Part shown: piece after piece, positions 18,693-26,953 of the stretch
How positions within the stretch are numbered: position 1 is the first letter of the stretch
How the letters are laid out: the number at the start of each line of letters is the position of its first letter
DNA from: a virus
Virus record (IMG/VR): IMGVR_UViG_3300050014_000823
Coordinates: 78,773 to 142,772 of that record
DNA: 64,000 bases
Strand: one strand, 5' to 3'
Translations under genes and position numbers: made by a program
Notes under the pieces: generated by a model
Database searches by the model: none
What the model saw: the letters and a program-made list of their open reading frames with translations, nothing else
What the model was told of the DNA's origin: nothing

Positions 18693-18990
18693 ATAAAAAA
18701 ATCTTTCTGACCGTTCCAAGTACGGAATAGCTTTTCAGTCCGTTTGTCCATTTGAACGAATTCATTTGGGGTCTGTGTGGGTCTCCGGATGCGCATTGTG
18801 AAGAGGCGTGAGTCCCTACTGCTACCTTTCAGTAAACACCGTCCTCTTGGAAGGACATACAAGGCGACCACAGGTTCAACTGTCAGGAATTTCAAGTGTT
18901 TACGGGGACGAATCCCCCTCCCGTGCTTAAACAACCTTGCTGTTTACCTACAGCAGAAAGAAGTATTTTCAAAGAACATCGTACAAATGT
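18693..18990 (-). ncRNA. candidate structured small RNA(s) in tRNA region (unknown class)
   Basis: No credible ORF on either strand. GC-rich hairpins and a long-range helix GTAAACAC...GTGTTTAC are present. The region ends in a terminator-like hairpin plus T-run that abuts the tRNA 5' end. This resembles the stable RNAs found in T4 tRNA regions. Confidence 0.4.
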
Positions 18991-18995
18991 AGTAA

Positions 18996-19346
18996 TTATT
19001 CTAACAAGTTCGATATATATTTAATAGTTTCTTCACATTTTGGTATTTCTTTTTCAATCAACTTCTTCAACTTGCCTTTCAAGTCTTCTTTTTCTTCCTT
19101 GAAGTAGAGTTTGAGAAGCGACAGGAGATTATACGAAGGTGTGAGTTTGTTGCGAATATCTGCACCAACAGTACTTGAATCTCGTATTTCATACATTTCG
19201 AATTCTACAAGTTCAAGGTCATCCAAATCAAATTGGTCCGGAAGTGCTTCATACTTTGCATAGTATTCTCTCAAACCTTCCATAGTAGCAGTCAATGGCT
19301 GTGTGTGAGGTAGGTTACAAGTATACATTATCATGGTATTAGCCAT
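18996..19346 (-). CDS. hypothetical acidic protein
   Basis: start moved to internal Met to avoid a 70-nt overlap with the upstream HicB-like gene. Confidence 0.4.
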   Translation of the reverse strand: MANTMIMYTCNLPHTQPLTATMEGLREYYAKYEALPDQFDLDDLELVEFEMYEIRDSSTVGADIRNKLTPSYNLLSLLKLYFKEEKEDLKGKLKKLIEKEIPKCEETIKYISNLLE

Positions 19347-19380
19347 AATATCAATGATGACGAACTCTTTAGGTTCTCTT

Positions 19381-19590
19381 TTAGTTTGTAGTGCCTTGAA
19401 TTTCATATGGTTGAGTATTTTTGAAAATATAAACATCGTAAATTGCATCACGTAAATGATTCAGTGCTTTTTCCTCAGTTTCACCCTCTGCAATTATTTC
19501 CGGGAATTCTTTGAAAAAGGCAGTAAACCCACCAATTTTTGGGTCTTCCACAAATATGGGAGTTAATGGTATGGTTACAAGTGCTATCAT
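19381..19590 (-). CDS. HicB-like (UPF0150) antitoxin-fold protein
   Basis: GGFTAFFKEFPEIIAEGETEEKALNHLRDAI closely matches the HicB N-terminal signature. Confidence 0.6.
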   Translation of the reverse strand: MIALVTIPLTPIFVEDPKIGGFTAFFKEFPEIIAEGETEEKALNHLRDAIYDVYIFKNTQPYEIQGTTN

Positions 19591-19931
19591 TGTTTGAATG
19601 TTATGGTTGTTCTTGTTGTTTTTAAACCTAATTCAACTGCATGCTTTTTTATTGTGCCGTAAAACGAACTCCAAATAATCTGAACCACATACGCAAATGC
19701 ATTGTCGCTCTTTGTGGGGTCGTAATGTATGCAATGTTTACAAGCTGCAACATATGCCTCTGATTCACAGAGAATTTTTATGTTATCGCTTATGCATTTA
19801 TACCTTGTCTTTGGCGTTTCAAGCCAAACAACTTCCATAAGAAGTCTTTTTAAATCGAGAGTCAGTACATCGGTTGCCCGATAGTTAATTATCTCCATCC
19901 GTAATGCGGTGTTTAGTTTATCTGATGTCAT
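19587..19931 (-). CDS. hypothetical protein
   Basis: 114 aa. Confidence 0.4.
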   Translation of the reverse strand: MTSDKLNTALRMEIINYRATDVLTLDLKRLLMEVVWLETPKTRYKCISDNIKILCESEAYVAACKHCIHYDPTKSDNAFAYVVQIIWSSFYGTIKKHAVELGLKTTRTTITFKQ

Positions 19932-20106
19932 GTATTCCTGAGTTTTTTATTATTGGATTTTCTTTGAATTCTTTTATCCTGTCACCCAAACAAATGAGTT
20001 GAGCCATCATGAAATCACCATCAACGTTTTCATCCAAAAGACTGATGATTTTCTTACAAGTCTGTGATAGATTGTCAATGTTTTCTTTGGTAAAAGTCTT
20101 TTCCAT
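19918..20106 (-). CDS. hypothetical small protein
   Basis: 62 aa. Confidence 0.3.
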   Translation of the reverse strand: MEKTFTKENIDNLSQTCKKIISLLDENVDGDFMMAQLICLGDRIKEFKENPIIKNSGIHDIR

Positions 20107-20107
20107 G

Positions 20108-20404
20108 TTATTTTATTATTTCTTTTTTAATTCTGAAACTCTGTCCTGCAACTTTCGCATTGGCTTTCATTTCATCACGTAATTTATGCCCGATTCTCTC
20201 ACAAGCAATCAGTGCATCAACACAATGCGACAAATCTTCTTTATACTCTCTGTCACTGACAACCACATTACCTTCCCAAACGTTCCTGCCAGGTTGATTG
20301 AAACCTTCAATCATTCGTAGTTCGACAGTAACAATCAAGTCCTTCAACTCTTTGTCAACGGTATAGTCGAGTTTGTATATTCCCTTTAGAACCATTATTC
20401 GCAA
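20108..20404 (-). CDS. hypothetical protein
   Basis: 98 aa. Confidence 0.4.
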   Translation of the reverse strand: MRIMVLKGIYKLDYTVDKELKDLIVTVELRMIEGFNQPGRNVWEGNVVVSDREYKEDLSHCVDALIACERIGHKLRDEMKANAKVAGQSFRIKKEIIK

Positions 20405-20598
20405 TTATAACCATTTAACTTATCACACATGTCCTTGGCAGTTTTTTCACCTTCAAGTTCTTCCGTGATAGTCCACCAAAAGAACACACCTTTCTTCTGA
20501 ACAACATAACGAAGTTCTGAACTATTCCAAGTATCACGTACTTTTGCATGCACCCTGTACTTTAAATGTCTTTTTTCTTCCATATTAGATATTGTCAA
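20395..20598 (-). CDS. hypothetical small protein
   Basis: 67 aa. Confidence 0.3.
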   Translation of the reverse strand: MTISNMEEKRHLKYRVHAKVRDTWNSSELRYVVQKKGVFFWWTITEELEGEKTAKDMCDKLNGYNCE

Positions 20599-20773
20599 TT
20601 TTTACCGTAATAAATTCTTTACCGTCTTCGTACTTACCTGCACTGATAGCATAAAGCATAGTGCCGGGAGTCTTAATGAGTTTCACAATATGGTCCTTGT
20701 CGGTAAAGACAGTACCTTTATAATATGTCTCTTGATAGATGACATTGGTTGCGGGGTCTTTTTTCTTTGCCAT
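20585..20773 (-). CDS. hypothetical small protein
   Basis: 62 aa. Confidence 0.3.
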   Translation of the reverse strand: MAKKKDPATNVIYQETYYKGTVFTDKDHIVKLIKTPGTMLYAISAGKYEDGKEFITVKIDNI

Positions 20774-20775
20774 GA

Positions 20776-22152
20776 TTATAGTGATGAAGATTCGTTAATT
20801 TCAATACACTCAGCCAAAGTATTGGCTATAGTTTTATCGTCTCTGAAATGCTTGTAAACAGGGTGTAGTGTGGAATAGTTTCCCTTACTGTCCTGTGAAA
20901 GACCACTGCATTTGATTTCAACAATCTTACCCATTAACACGCCTTGGTTGGCTGTAATATAGTCCATTTCGTCTTCGTCAATTCCCTGTGGTTTAGTCTT
21001 TAACAGACCATCCTCAGATTCAACATTGAGACTTGATATCAGATGCTCATTTTTAGTTCCTACTGTGCCATAGTTGAAACCGACAACACGTAAGTCCAAG
21101 TTCATTTCTTTCTTAACCTTAATCTGGTATGAAGGTTTGGTATCTGCCCATACACCGTCCATGCTCTTGACAACAGTTCCTTCACCATTGCGTTTGAGAA
21201 TTTCTTCGAAGTGTGCCATAACCTCTTCTAAGGTACTGACTTCTCTTGTCTCAACGACAGATACTGTCTTGAATCCCTGTACAGTGGCGTTCAAATCAGC
21301 AAGTCTTTCTTTGTATTTTCTCTTACAGGTACGGGTGAAGTATTCGTCAACGGTCAAGATATCCCATGCAGTAACACGAATTAAGTCCAATGCTTCCCTG
21401 TATGGCAGGTGTTTGGTTTCGAGTTTTACTATGTCTTTTCTTGGGTCTTCACCTGCAGCTCTTTTAGTAGCGATGCTTATCAGTGATGAAACAATTCCGT
21501 TACTTTCATATCGTGGAAGACCTTCCATTGTTAACTCAGCATTAATAACACAATCTTTCAACTGTGATAATTCTGAGAGGAAGTACGGTCCTTCTAAAAT
21601 TGTTGGTTCACCTTGACGAGATTCCATCATAACTTCACCGCCTTGAATAACGATGTTGACGAATCTGCCGTCCATTTTTTCCTGGCTGTAGCACTTGCCT
21701 TTAGCCAATAATTTAGTAATAAGTTCCTTTGAATAAGGTTTACAACCCATGTAACCTGTCTTCTCAATTAAGTCCGGAATGACTTTGTTAATATTACGAG
21801 TACCAATATTCATCTTACAGTCTTTTTCAATGACTCTTTCGATAATATATCTGTCGTCAGGAAGCAGGTTTTCGAGAATTTTCTGTAAATGTTGAATGGC
21901 AGCATTACCACTGATTTCTCTTGCACTCAAAGGTGACAAGGCATCCAATGCCATATCAAGGGTAGTAACATAAAACGGTGTACCGTGATTATATTCGGGA
22001 ATCTGTTTGATGTAGAACTTAACTCGTTTAGAGTTAGCCATGTATAGCACACGTACAAGAAGTTCCATATCTTTGTATTTTGAGAGGATGTTCATCTTCT
22101 CGTTGGTGCTCGATTCACGGGCAATTTCGTCAAAAATCTGTTTGATTGTCAT
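20776..22152 (-). CDS. ATP-dependent DNA ligase
   Basis: adenylation motif I QEKMDGRF (KxDG), 458 aa, T4 gp30-like size. Confidence 0.75.
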   Translation of the reverse strand: MTIKQIFDEIARESSTNEKMNILSKYKDMELLVRVLYMANSKRVKFYIKQIPEYNHGTPFYVTTLDMALDALSPLSAREISGNAAIQHLQKILENLLPDDRYIIERVIEKDCKMNIGTRNINKVIPDLIEKTGYMGCKPYSKELITKLLAKGKCYSQEKMDGRFVNIVIQGGEVMMESRQGEPTILEGPYFLSELSQLKDCVINAELTMEGLPRYESNGIVSSLISIATKRAAGEDPRKDIVKLETKHLPYREALDLIRVTAWDILTVDEYFTRTCKRKYKERLADLNATVQGFKTVSVVETREVSTLEEVMAHFEEILKRNGEGTVVKSMDGVWADTKPSYQIKVKKEMNLDLRVVGFNYGTVGTKNEHLISSLNVESEDGLLKTKPQGIDEDEMDYITANQGVLMGKIVEIKCSGLSQDSKGNYSTLHPVYKHFRDDKTIANTLAECIEINESSSL

Positions 22153-22203
22153 AATAGTTTCTTTAAGTATATTGTATTATACGTAATTAATTCAAAAAGG
22201 TTT

Positions 22204-22458
22204 CTAATATTCCCATTTTTTTCCGAGAATTTTTCTCGTAATTCCATTACCTGTGCTTCTCAGTAGAATCCAGATAACTAAAAGCGGGAAGAATACTGCT
22301 GACAATACTCTCTCGTATTCATTGCTGATGTTGATTCCTTCTACTTGGTCAAGTAAGTTGCCAAGCACGATACCTATAAGCAGGTATACGATAATGCCTA
22401 AAATAATTAATGTCGTAATCATAGTTAAAAATTTATAAATAAGTATTCTCTGAACCAT
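22204..22458 (-). CDS. small membrane protein
   Basis: 2 TM, 84 aa. Confidence 0.4.
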   Translation of the reverse strand: MVQRILIYKFLTMITTLIILGIIVYLLIGIVLGNLLDQVEGINISNEYERVLSAVFFPLLVIWILLRSTGNGITRKILGKKWEY

Positions 22459-23213
22459 CTGTGAAACATCTTCGGAAGTATCCGCAAGTCTGCAAAACCA
22501 TAAAGTCCGCAGGAGAAGAAATCATGTGCCTCTATAATAAAGGTATCGCCTAAATGGTCCACAAATTTATCAGTATCTTTAATCCCGATATCAAGTGTAT
22601 AGGCGATTGGCGCATTTTCGTCTTTCTCATATTTGGCAATCATTTCCATGAGTATTGGCATATACGGGAATAGTGTGAAGTCACCAGCATAATTCTGTAA
22701 ACCAACGAGTTTTCCCTCATATACGAATGCACGCCATTCACTGTCAATATCAATTGTTTCGGAAATCTGATAATTGCCTTCTGGGACATCAATATCGTCA
22801 TCAACAATCTGACAAAATCCTTTAATTTGGTCGTTGGATTTTACGAATTTTTTCCCGACAATTTCTTTTTCTGTGCCATTAAATACAAAGCGTTTTGTGT
22901 ATTTAAAGTCGAGTAATTCTTCCGGGATATTAATGGGTTCAACAGGGTAGCCATAAAAGTGGTTAATGAACTCTGAGACAAACTCTACCGAACCAATTGG
23001 CACATAGCCTTTATGAAATTTTTTGAACTCTAATTTTGTGAACTTGCCAGAGTAAAACTCTGTATTAATGAACTTATATTTAATTTCTTTGTTGTTGTGA
23101 AACCAATTGCAATATTCAATGGCTTCAAGTAGCGTAAATGCGAAGTCATGTTTGACCTCTTTAAAACATTTTTGTATTAAGAATTTCATATTTGTATAAA
23201 TTTTATCACACAA
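22425..23213 (-). CDS. putative ATP-grasp fold enzyme
   Basis: SEWRAFVYEGKLVGLQNY...TLDIG...FIIEAHDFFSCGLYG resembles the ATP-grasp C-terminal half; low. Confidence 0.35.
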   Translation of the reverse strand: MCDKIYTNMKFLIQKCFKEVKHDFAFTLLEAIEYCNWFHNNKEIKYKFINTEFYSGKFTKLEFKKFHKGYVPIGSVEFVSEFINHFYGYPVEPINIPEELLDFKYTKRFVFNGTEKEIVGKKFVKSNDQIKGFCQIVDDDIDVPEGNYQISETIDIDSEWRAFVYEGKLVGLQNYAGDFTLFPYMPILMEMIAKYEKDENAPIAYTLDIGIKDTDKFVDHLGDTFIIEAHDFFSCGLYGFADLRILPKMFHRWFREYLFINF

Positions 23214-23228
23214 ATGTAATGATAAATT

Positions 23229-24359
23229 TTAATTATGCAAGAATCCTTTGTCCGATTCGCTAACTTTAACATTAAATATTCCCAACCAATTAGCTAATTG
23301 TGTAGGATAGAGGCTTTGCAACACTCCTTGTTTCGTTACAGGTATGATACTTTCTTGAACTTGGTCCAGACAAGTGAAAACAATTGTTTTCTTAGAGTCG
23401 GGATTATGATACTTATCACACTTTAATGCATATTTAAGCAGGTCGTAATCCAATACAGACTTTCTGAAAATTCCTTGATATCCTGTGTCAACATTTGTCT
23501 CTTTTGGATTTGGAGTAATATAGCTGATATCCATACCCTCATTGGTCATTGGACCATTACCGTGACGTGTCTGATAGGCACGAGTAACATAATAGGTTTC
23601 AATAGCTTTATCGGTCAGACCGTTGTTACGAATGAATTCCATTGCATTTCTGGAAGTACAGTAGCTTCTCGTGACGTTTGGGAAGAAGCCGTATTGCATA
23701 TCAAGCAAAATGCCCTGTCCACCTTCAAAGATTAAGTCACAACCAAATTTGTCGAGTTGTTTGAAACTTTCAACAATATCGTATTTTTCAACAAATTGTG
23801 TACAGGCATCAACAAAATTATCGTAGTACTGTTGTGCTTTTGAGTTTAATGGAGTCGTATATTTATAATAATTCATGATGGCTTTGAGTTTAGCATCACG
23901 AATTACAGGAAATAACAAATCCCGGACATACAGATGATAATGGTCTTCGTTTCTCTGAATGGTATTGCCAAAACCTACACCAACAGTACCGTGACCATTG
24001 GATAAATCGTGGTTGATGTTCTGTATTATATCAAATGGAGTAGTAACCATTGCATTGGCATTGTAATAGACTTTAGGCACAATACCATAATCGACAAGTG
24101 CCCGACCTTCCTTAATAACAGCAACAGGATTTACGGTGCAATATTCAGTCCAATAAGTCGGTACACCTTTAAGGCTACCACTACCAAAGTTTGAAAATGC
24201 ATGAAGTAGGTCACCTTCTCGGACAGTATGTCCAACTTGATGTCCACCATTGAATCTTACAACTAATGAACCCGAAGGTTGATTCTTGCAAAGCGAATTA
24301 ACAGTTGCACCTTTACCTTCATCACCATATCCAAGACCGACTACCACCATGATTTTCAT
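23229..24359 (-). CDS. adenylosuccinate synthetase (PurA) homologue, phage PurZ-like
   Basis: VVGLGYGDEGKG (P-loop), VVRFNGGHQVGHTV, FEGGQGILLDMQYG, YVTRAYQTRHGNGP; 376 aa, shorter than bacterial PurA. Confidence 0.75.
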   Translation of the reverse strand: MKIMVVVGLGYGDEGKGATVNSLCKNQPSGSLVVRFNGGHQVGHTVREGDLLHAFSNFGSGSLKGVPTYWTEYCTVNPVAVIKEGRALVDYGIVPKVYYNANAMVTTPFDIIQNINHDLSNGHGTVGVGFGNTIQRNEDHYHLYVRDLLFPVIRDAKLKAIMNYYKYTTPLNSKAQQYYDNFVDACTQFVEKYDIVESFKQLDKFGCDLIFEGGQGILLDMQYGFFPNVTRSYCTSRNAMEFIRNNGLTDKAIETYYVTRAYQTRHGNGPMTNEGMDISYITPNPKETNVDTGYQGIFRKSVLDYDLLKYALKCDKYHNPDSKKTIVFTCLDQVQESIIPVTKQGVLQSLYPTQLANWLGIFNVKVSESDKGFLHN

Positions 24360-24363
24360 ATTC

Positions 24364-25107
24364 TTATGTTTTTAATTTATATTTCCAAATATATTTACCG
24401 GATGTTTTTATTCTTCCTTTTAAACAAGCACAAATGCTGCTTTTATTAATGTTTAATTTTTTTGATGCTTCAATAATGCCATTCCAATTACGTATAAATT
24501 TTTCATTTAAGTCATATTGTGAAATTTTCACTAATATTTGTTTTCTTTGTTTTTCAATTTCTTTTTTTGTTTTCTTTCTTCCTAATTGCGATTTATTGTG
24601 TCCACTAATAAATCTTTTTGAAGATGTAATCATACAAATGAAAGATTTTTGACAACCACAAACACAAATTCTTTCTTCACGTGGAATATATCGTGGACTA
24701 TCTTTGCCTGATTTATGATGACAAATGGGACAATCACAATCTACTTTATGTCCTCTTTCTTCTGTTGTTTGACCAATATGTGCCAATGACATATTCAATT
24801 TTGATTTATCCGTATGTTTCACACCTAAAGGACTACCTGCAATTTTTGCAAAATTAAATGTTGGAGATAAATTGTCAATCCAATACTGTTCTCTTGTAAT
24901 TAAATTTTCTTTTTTATCTACAACCTCAATAATTTCAAAAATAAATGCATCTTCACCATATTTATTCCAAGAATTTTGAATAAATTGATTTTTATGTTTA
25001 TTTTTTCTCAAAGAACTAATATGACCCCATTTTCGATTTTTAAAATTAACTGCTGAACCAATATAGAAGTCATTTGTTATTAAATTGGTTATTTTATAAA
25101 TTACCAT
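24364..25107 (-). CDS. GIY-YIG homing endonuclease with Cys-rich zinc-finger linker
   Basis: MVIYKITNLITNDFYIGSAVNFKNRKWGH; CDCPICHH...CVCGCQ. Confidence 0.8.
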   Translation of the reverse strand: MVIYKITNLITNDFYIGSAVNFKNRKWGHISSLRKNKHKNQFIQNSWNKYGEDAFIFEIIEVVDKKENLITREQYWIDNLSPTFNFAKIAGSPLGVKHTDKSKLNMSLAHIGQTTEERGHKVDCDCPICHHKSGKDSPRYIPREERICVCGCQKSFICMITSSKRFISGHNKSQLGRKKTKKEIEKQRKQILVKISQYDLNEKFIRNWNGIIEASKKLNINKSSICACLKGRIKTSGKYIWKYKLKT

Positions 25108-25176
25108 AATACATATATTTCATATAAATACTACGGAAATCAAAACCTAACACAATTTAAATATTTTCATATAAAC

Positions 25177-25464
25177 TTATTTCCTCACCATAAAGCCATC
25201 AGAATATTTTTCCGAAATTACAGTTATTAACATTTGAACATCCCTACCACAACATTTTCCACTTTTTAAAGTATTAATAAAATGTTCTACGCCATTTGCA
25301 TCTACAACTGCTATAATGTTTTCATCTGAATTAGCATAATCTTCTAAATCACTTGATATTGTTGAATCTTCAAATGCTCCATTATCTGCACATGAAAACA
25401 TAGTTTGTGAACCAAAATATTCTTGTAGTTTGGTATCTTTTAATTTACATAAATAATAACCCAT
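25177..25464 (-). CDS. hypothetical protein
   Basis: 95 aa. Confidence 0.4.
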   Translation of the reverse strand: MGYYLCKLKDTKLQEYFGSQTMFSCADNGAFEDSTISSDLEDYANSDENIIAVVDANGVEHFINTLKSGKCCGRDVQMLITVISEKYSDGFMVRK

Positions 25465-25467
25465 ATA

Positions 25468-25692
25468 TTATTCTTTTTTAAGTTCAACCATGATTTTACC
25501 CGCACGTAATGGGCACTCAGGATGTAAGTAGGGTTTACTGTGGTAAACAAGATTTTCTGCTTTCTGGTCAAAGTACAGACCATCTTTAACAGCATTGCAG
25601 TTTGAGGTTAACATTTCATCCTGTAACTCGTAGAAAGGACATTCTCTTCCACAAAACTCTACCTTTATAATTTCATTGATAAGTTTGGACAT
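25468..25692 (-). CDS. small Cys-rich protein
   Basis: start placed at internal Met because promoter motif 25707-25738 overlaps the longer ORF. Confidence 0.4.
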   Translation of the reverse strand: MSKLINEIIKVEFCGRECPFYELQDEMLTSNCNAVKDGLYFDQKAENLVYHSKPYLHPECPLRAGKIMVELKKE

Positions 25693-25706
25693 ACAATAAT
25701 TTTCTC

Positions 25707-25738
25707 GATTATACGTAAATAAAAATAAAATGTTACAA
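25707..25738 (-). promoter_or_regulatory. conserved phage promoter motif copy
   Basis: GATTATACGTAAATAAAAATAAAATGTTACAA. Confidence 0.6.
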
Positions 25739-25773
25739 AAAAAGGGACATATTTTCACATGTCCCTTTTTTTT
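25737..25773. terminator. bidirectional rho-independent terminator
   Basis: AAAAAAAGGGACATattttcacATGTCCCTTTTTTTT. Confidence 0.6.
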
Positions 25774-25785
25774 GATTAAGCCGGA

Positions 25786-26703
25786 TTAAAGTTTAATTAT
25801 ACCTTCGTCACCTGCTGCAACGATTGTTGTCGTTACTTTTGCAAGTGCGTTAGTTACCATACCTGCGGTATGTGCATCAAACTTACTCGTAACTGTTTTG
25901 ATATCAACACCATGCTGTACAGCGATTAATGTTGCAATAGTTGCGCAAATTGCGTGGTAATCGTTCAGCACGATAAGCCTTTCGCCAACCATATCATTCC
26001 AGTAATTCAGAATCCTTGGGTCGTCACGATAAGAACCTTCGTTTACGTGAATGTGGTAAACGTTATAGAGTCTCTGTGCTTCTTCAAGAACCTGTTTGTC
26101 GGTAATCTCTTCATCCTGGTTGTAACCCAAAATGACTTTGAGTCTGTCTGAACTTACACAATCCCAACTTTTTTCGTCACCGATGGTGAAAAGAAAGCCT
26201 TTCTGATTACGTTTTTCGAAGCAGTCGATTGAGGTATGACGACCTGCAACAAGCCAAGCAAGAAGATATGATTCCCTGTCCTGTGCACCGCCACCACGTT
26301 GAAGTGCGATACCTGTCAGCCATTTATCAAGTTCCTCTGTTCCAGATTCGAATTGACCAACCTGAATCGGAGTATCAATGCAATGATGGTCATTGATTGT
26401 GCCGAAAAGAACCTGTGGATGCTGTACACCATTGTCAATGATAGTGTTCATGAGGGTCGGAAGTTCGTTTTTAACAACGTCTTCGGGTATTCTACCCATA
26501 CTTCCGGTATCATCAAGAAATACCATAATTGCGAGAGATTCGGGATGAATATCACTGTCACGTGATTCCCTTACTGTAAGATTTACTGGAAGCATGTCGG
26601 TATTTGCAGTTTTACTGAAAATATCGTCAGCATCCTTACTTGCATAACCCTTACTTGAAGACAAGTTGGTGTATGCGTCATCTGACCATTTACTGTAACC
26701 CAT
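25786..26703 (-). CDS. von Willebrand factor A (vWA) domain protein
   Basis: MIDAS-like VFLDDTGSMG; start set at second Met (Met19) to abut the small upstream ORF. Confidence 0.55.
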   Translation of the reverse strand: MGYSKWSDDAYTNLSSSKGYASKDADDIFSKTANTDMLPVNLTVRESRDSDIHPESLAIMVFLDDTGSMGRIPEDVVKNELPTLMNTIIDNGVQHPQVLFGTINDHHCIDTPIQVGQFESGTEELDKWLTGIALQRGGGAQDRESYLLAWLVAGRHTSIDCFEKRNQKGFLFTIGDEKSWDCVSSDRLKVILGYNQDEEITDKQVLEEAQRLYNVYHIHVNEGSYRDDPRILNYWNDMVGERLIVLNDYHAICATIATLIAVQHGVDIKTVTSKFDAHTAGMVTNALAKVTTTIVAAGDEGIIKL

Positions 26704-26707
26704 GTGT

Positions 26708-26836
26708 TTACTCTGTTTTAGAGGTTTCCACGTTATCAGTCGTAACTTCTGTTGCAACTTCTGTTGCTACCTCTGTTTTGACTTCTGTTTCTGCTGTTTT
26801 TGCTACTTCAGGTGCAGAATCCTGTGCTTCAGCCAT
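26708..26836 (-). CDS. small acidic TEVA-repeat protein (42 aa)
   Basis: MAEAQDSAPEVAKTAETEVKTEVATEVATEVTTDNVETSKTE encoded across a 12-bp tandem repeat; 4-nt gap to vWA start. Confidence 0.3.
   Translation of the reverse strand: MAEAQDSAPEVAKTAETEVKTEVATEVATEVTTDNVETSKTE
26745..26812. repeat. 12-bp tandem repeat (aacttctgttgc-like), 5-6 copies
   Basis: visible direct repetition; underlies the TEVA repeat. Confidence 0.6.
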
Positions 26837-26953
26837 TTCTTCGAATGACCCAAGATTTGAGAACTTGTCTAATCCCATGTTTGATAAAAATTAATTGTTA
26901 GTACTAAAAATAATTATTTCAAAAAACAAATGTATATATTAAATTTTAATTTC

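Noticed and set aside
18575-18934. 119-aa minus-strand ORF, plus 18526-18765 and 18777-18992, covering the tRNA and ncRNA gap
   Set aside because: Arg/Gly-rich low-complexity translations across a GC-rich structured RNA region; one overlaps the tRNA-like gene. Judged to be non-coding RNA, not protein.
18588-18990. tmRNA hypothesis for the tRNA-like 3' end plus upstream structured region
   Set aside because: The acceptor 5' strand (GCGCAGT) lies only 104 nt upstream, not at the far 5' end. No tag-peptide-like reading frame (ending ...AA-stop) or pseudoknot series was found. RNase P conserved blocks were also not seen.
21074-21616. 180-aa plus-strand ORF
   Set aside because: Lies wholly antisense within the DNA ligase gene. 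No independent signal.
26640-26894. 84-aa plus-strand ORF with VATSVATSV repeats
   Set aside because: Antisense product of the 12-bp tandem repeat. The minus-strand 42-aa acidic ORF fits the gene packing better; both remain low confidence.
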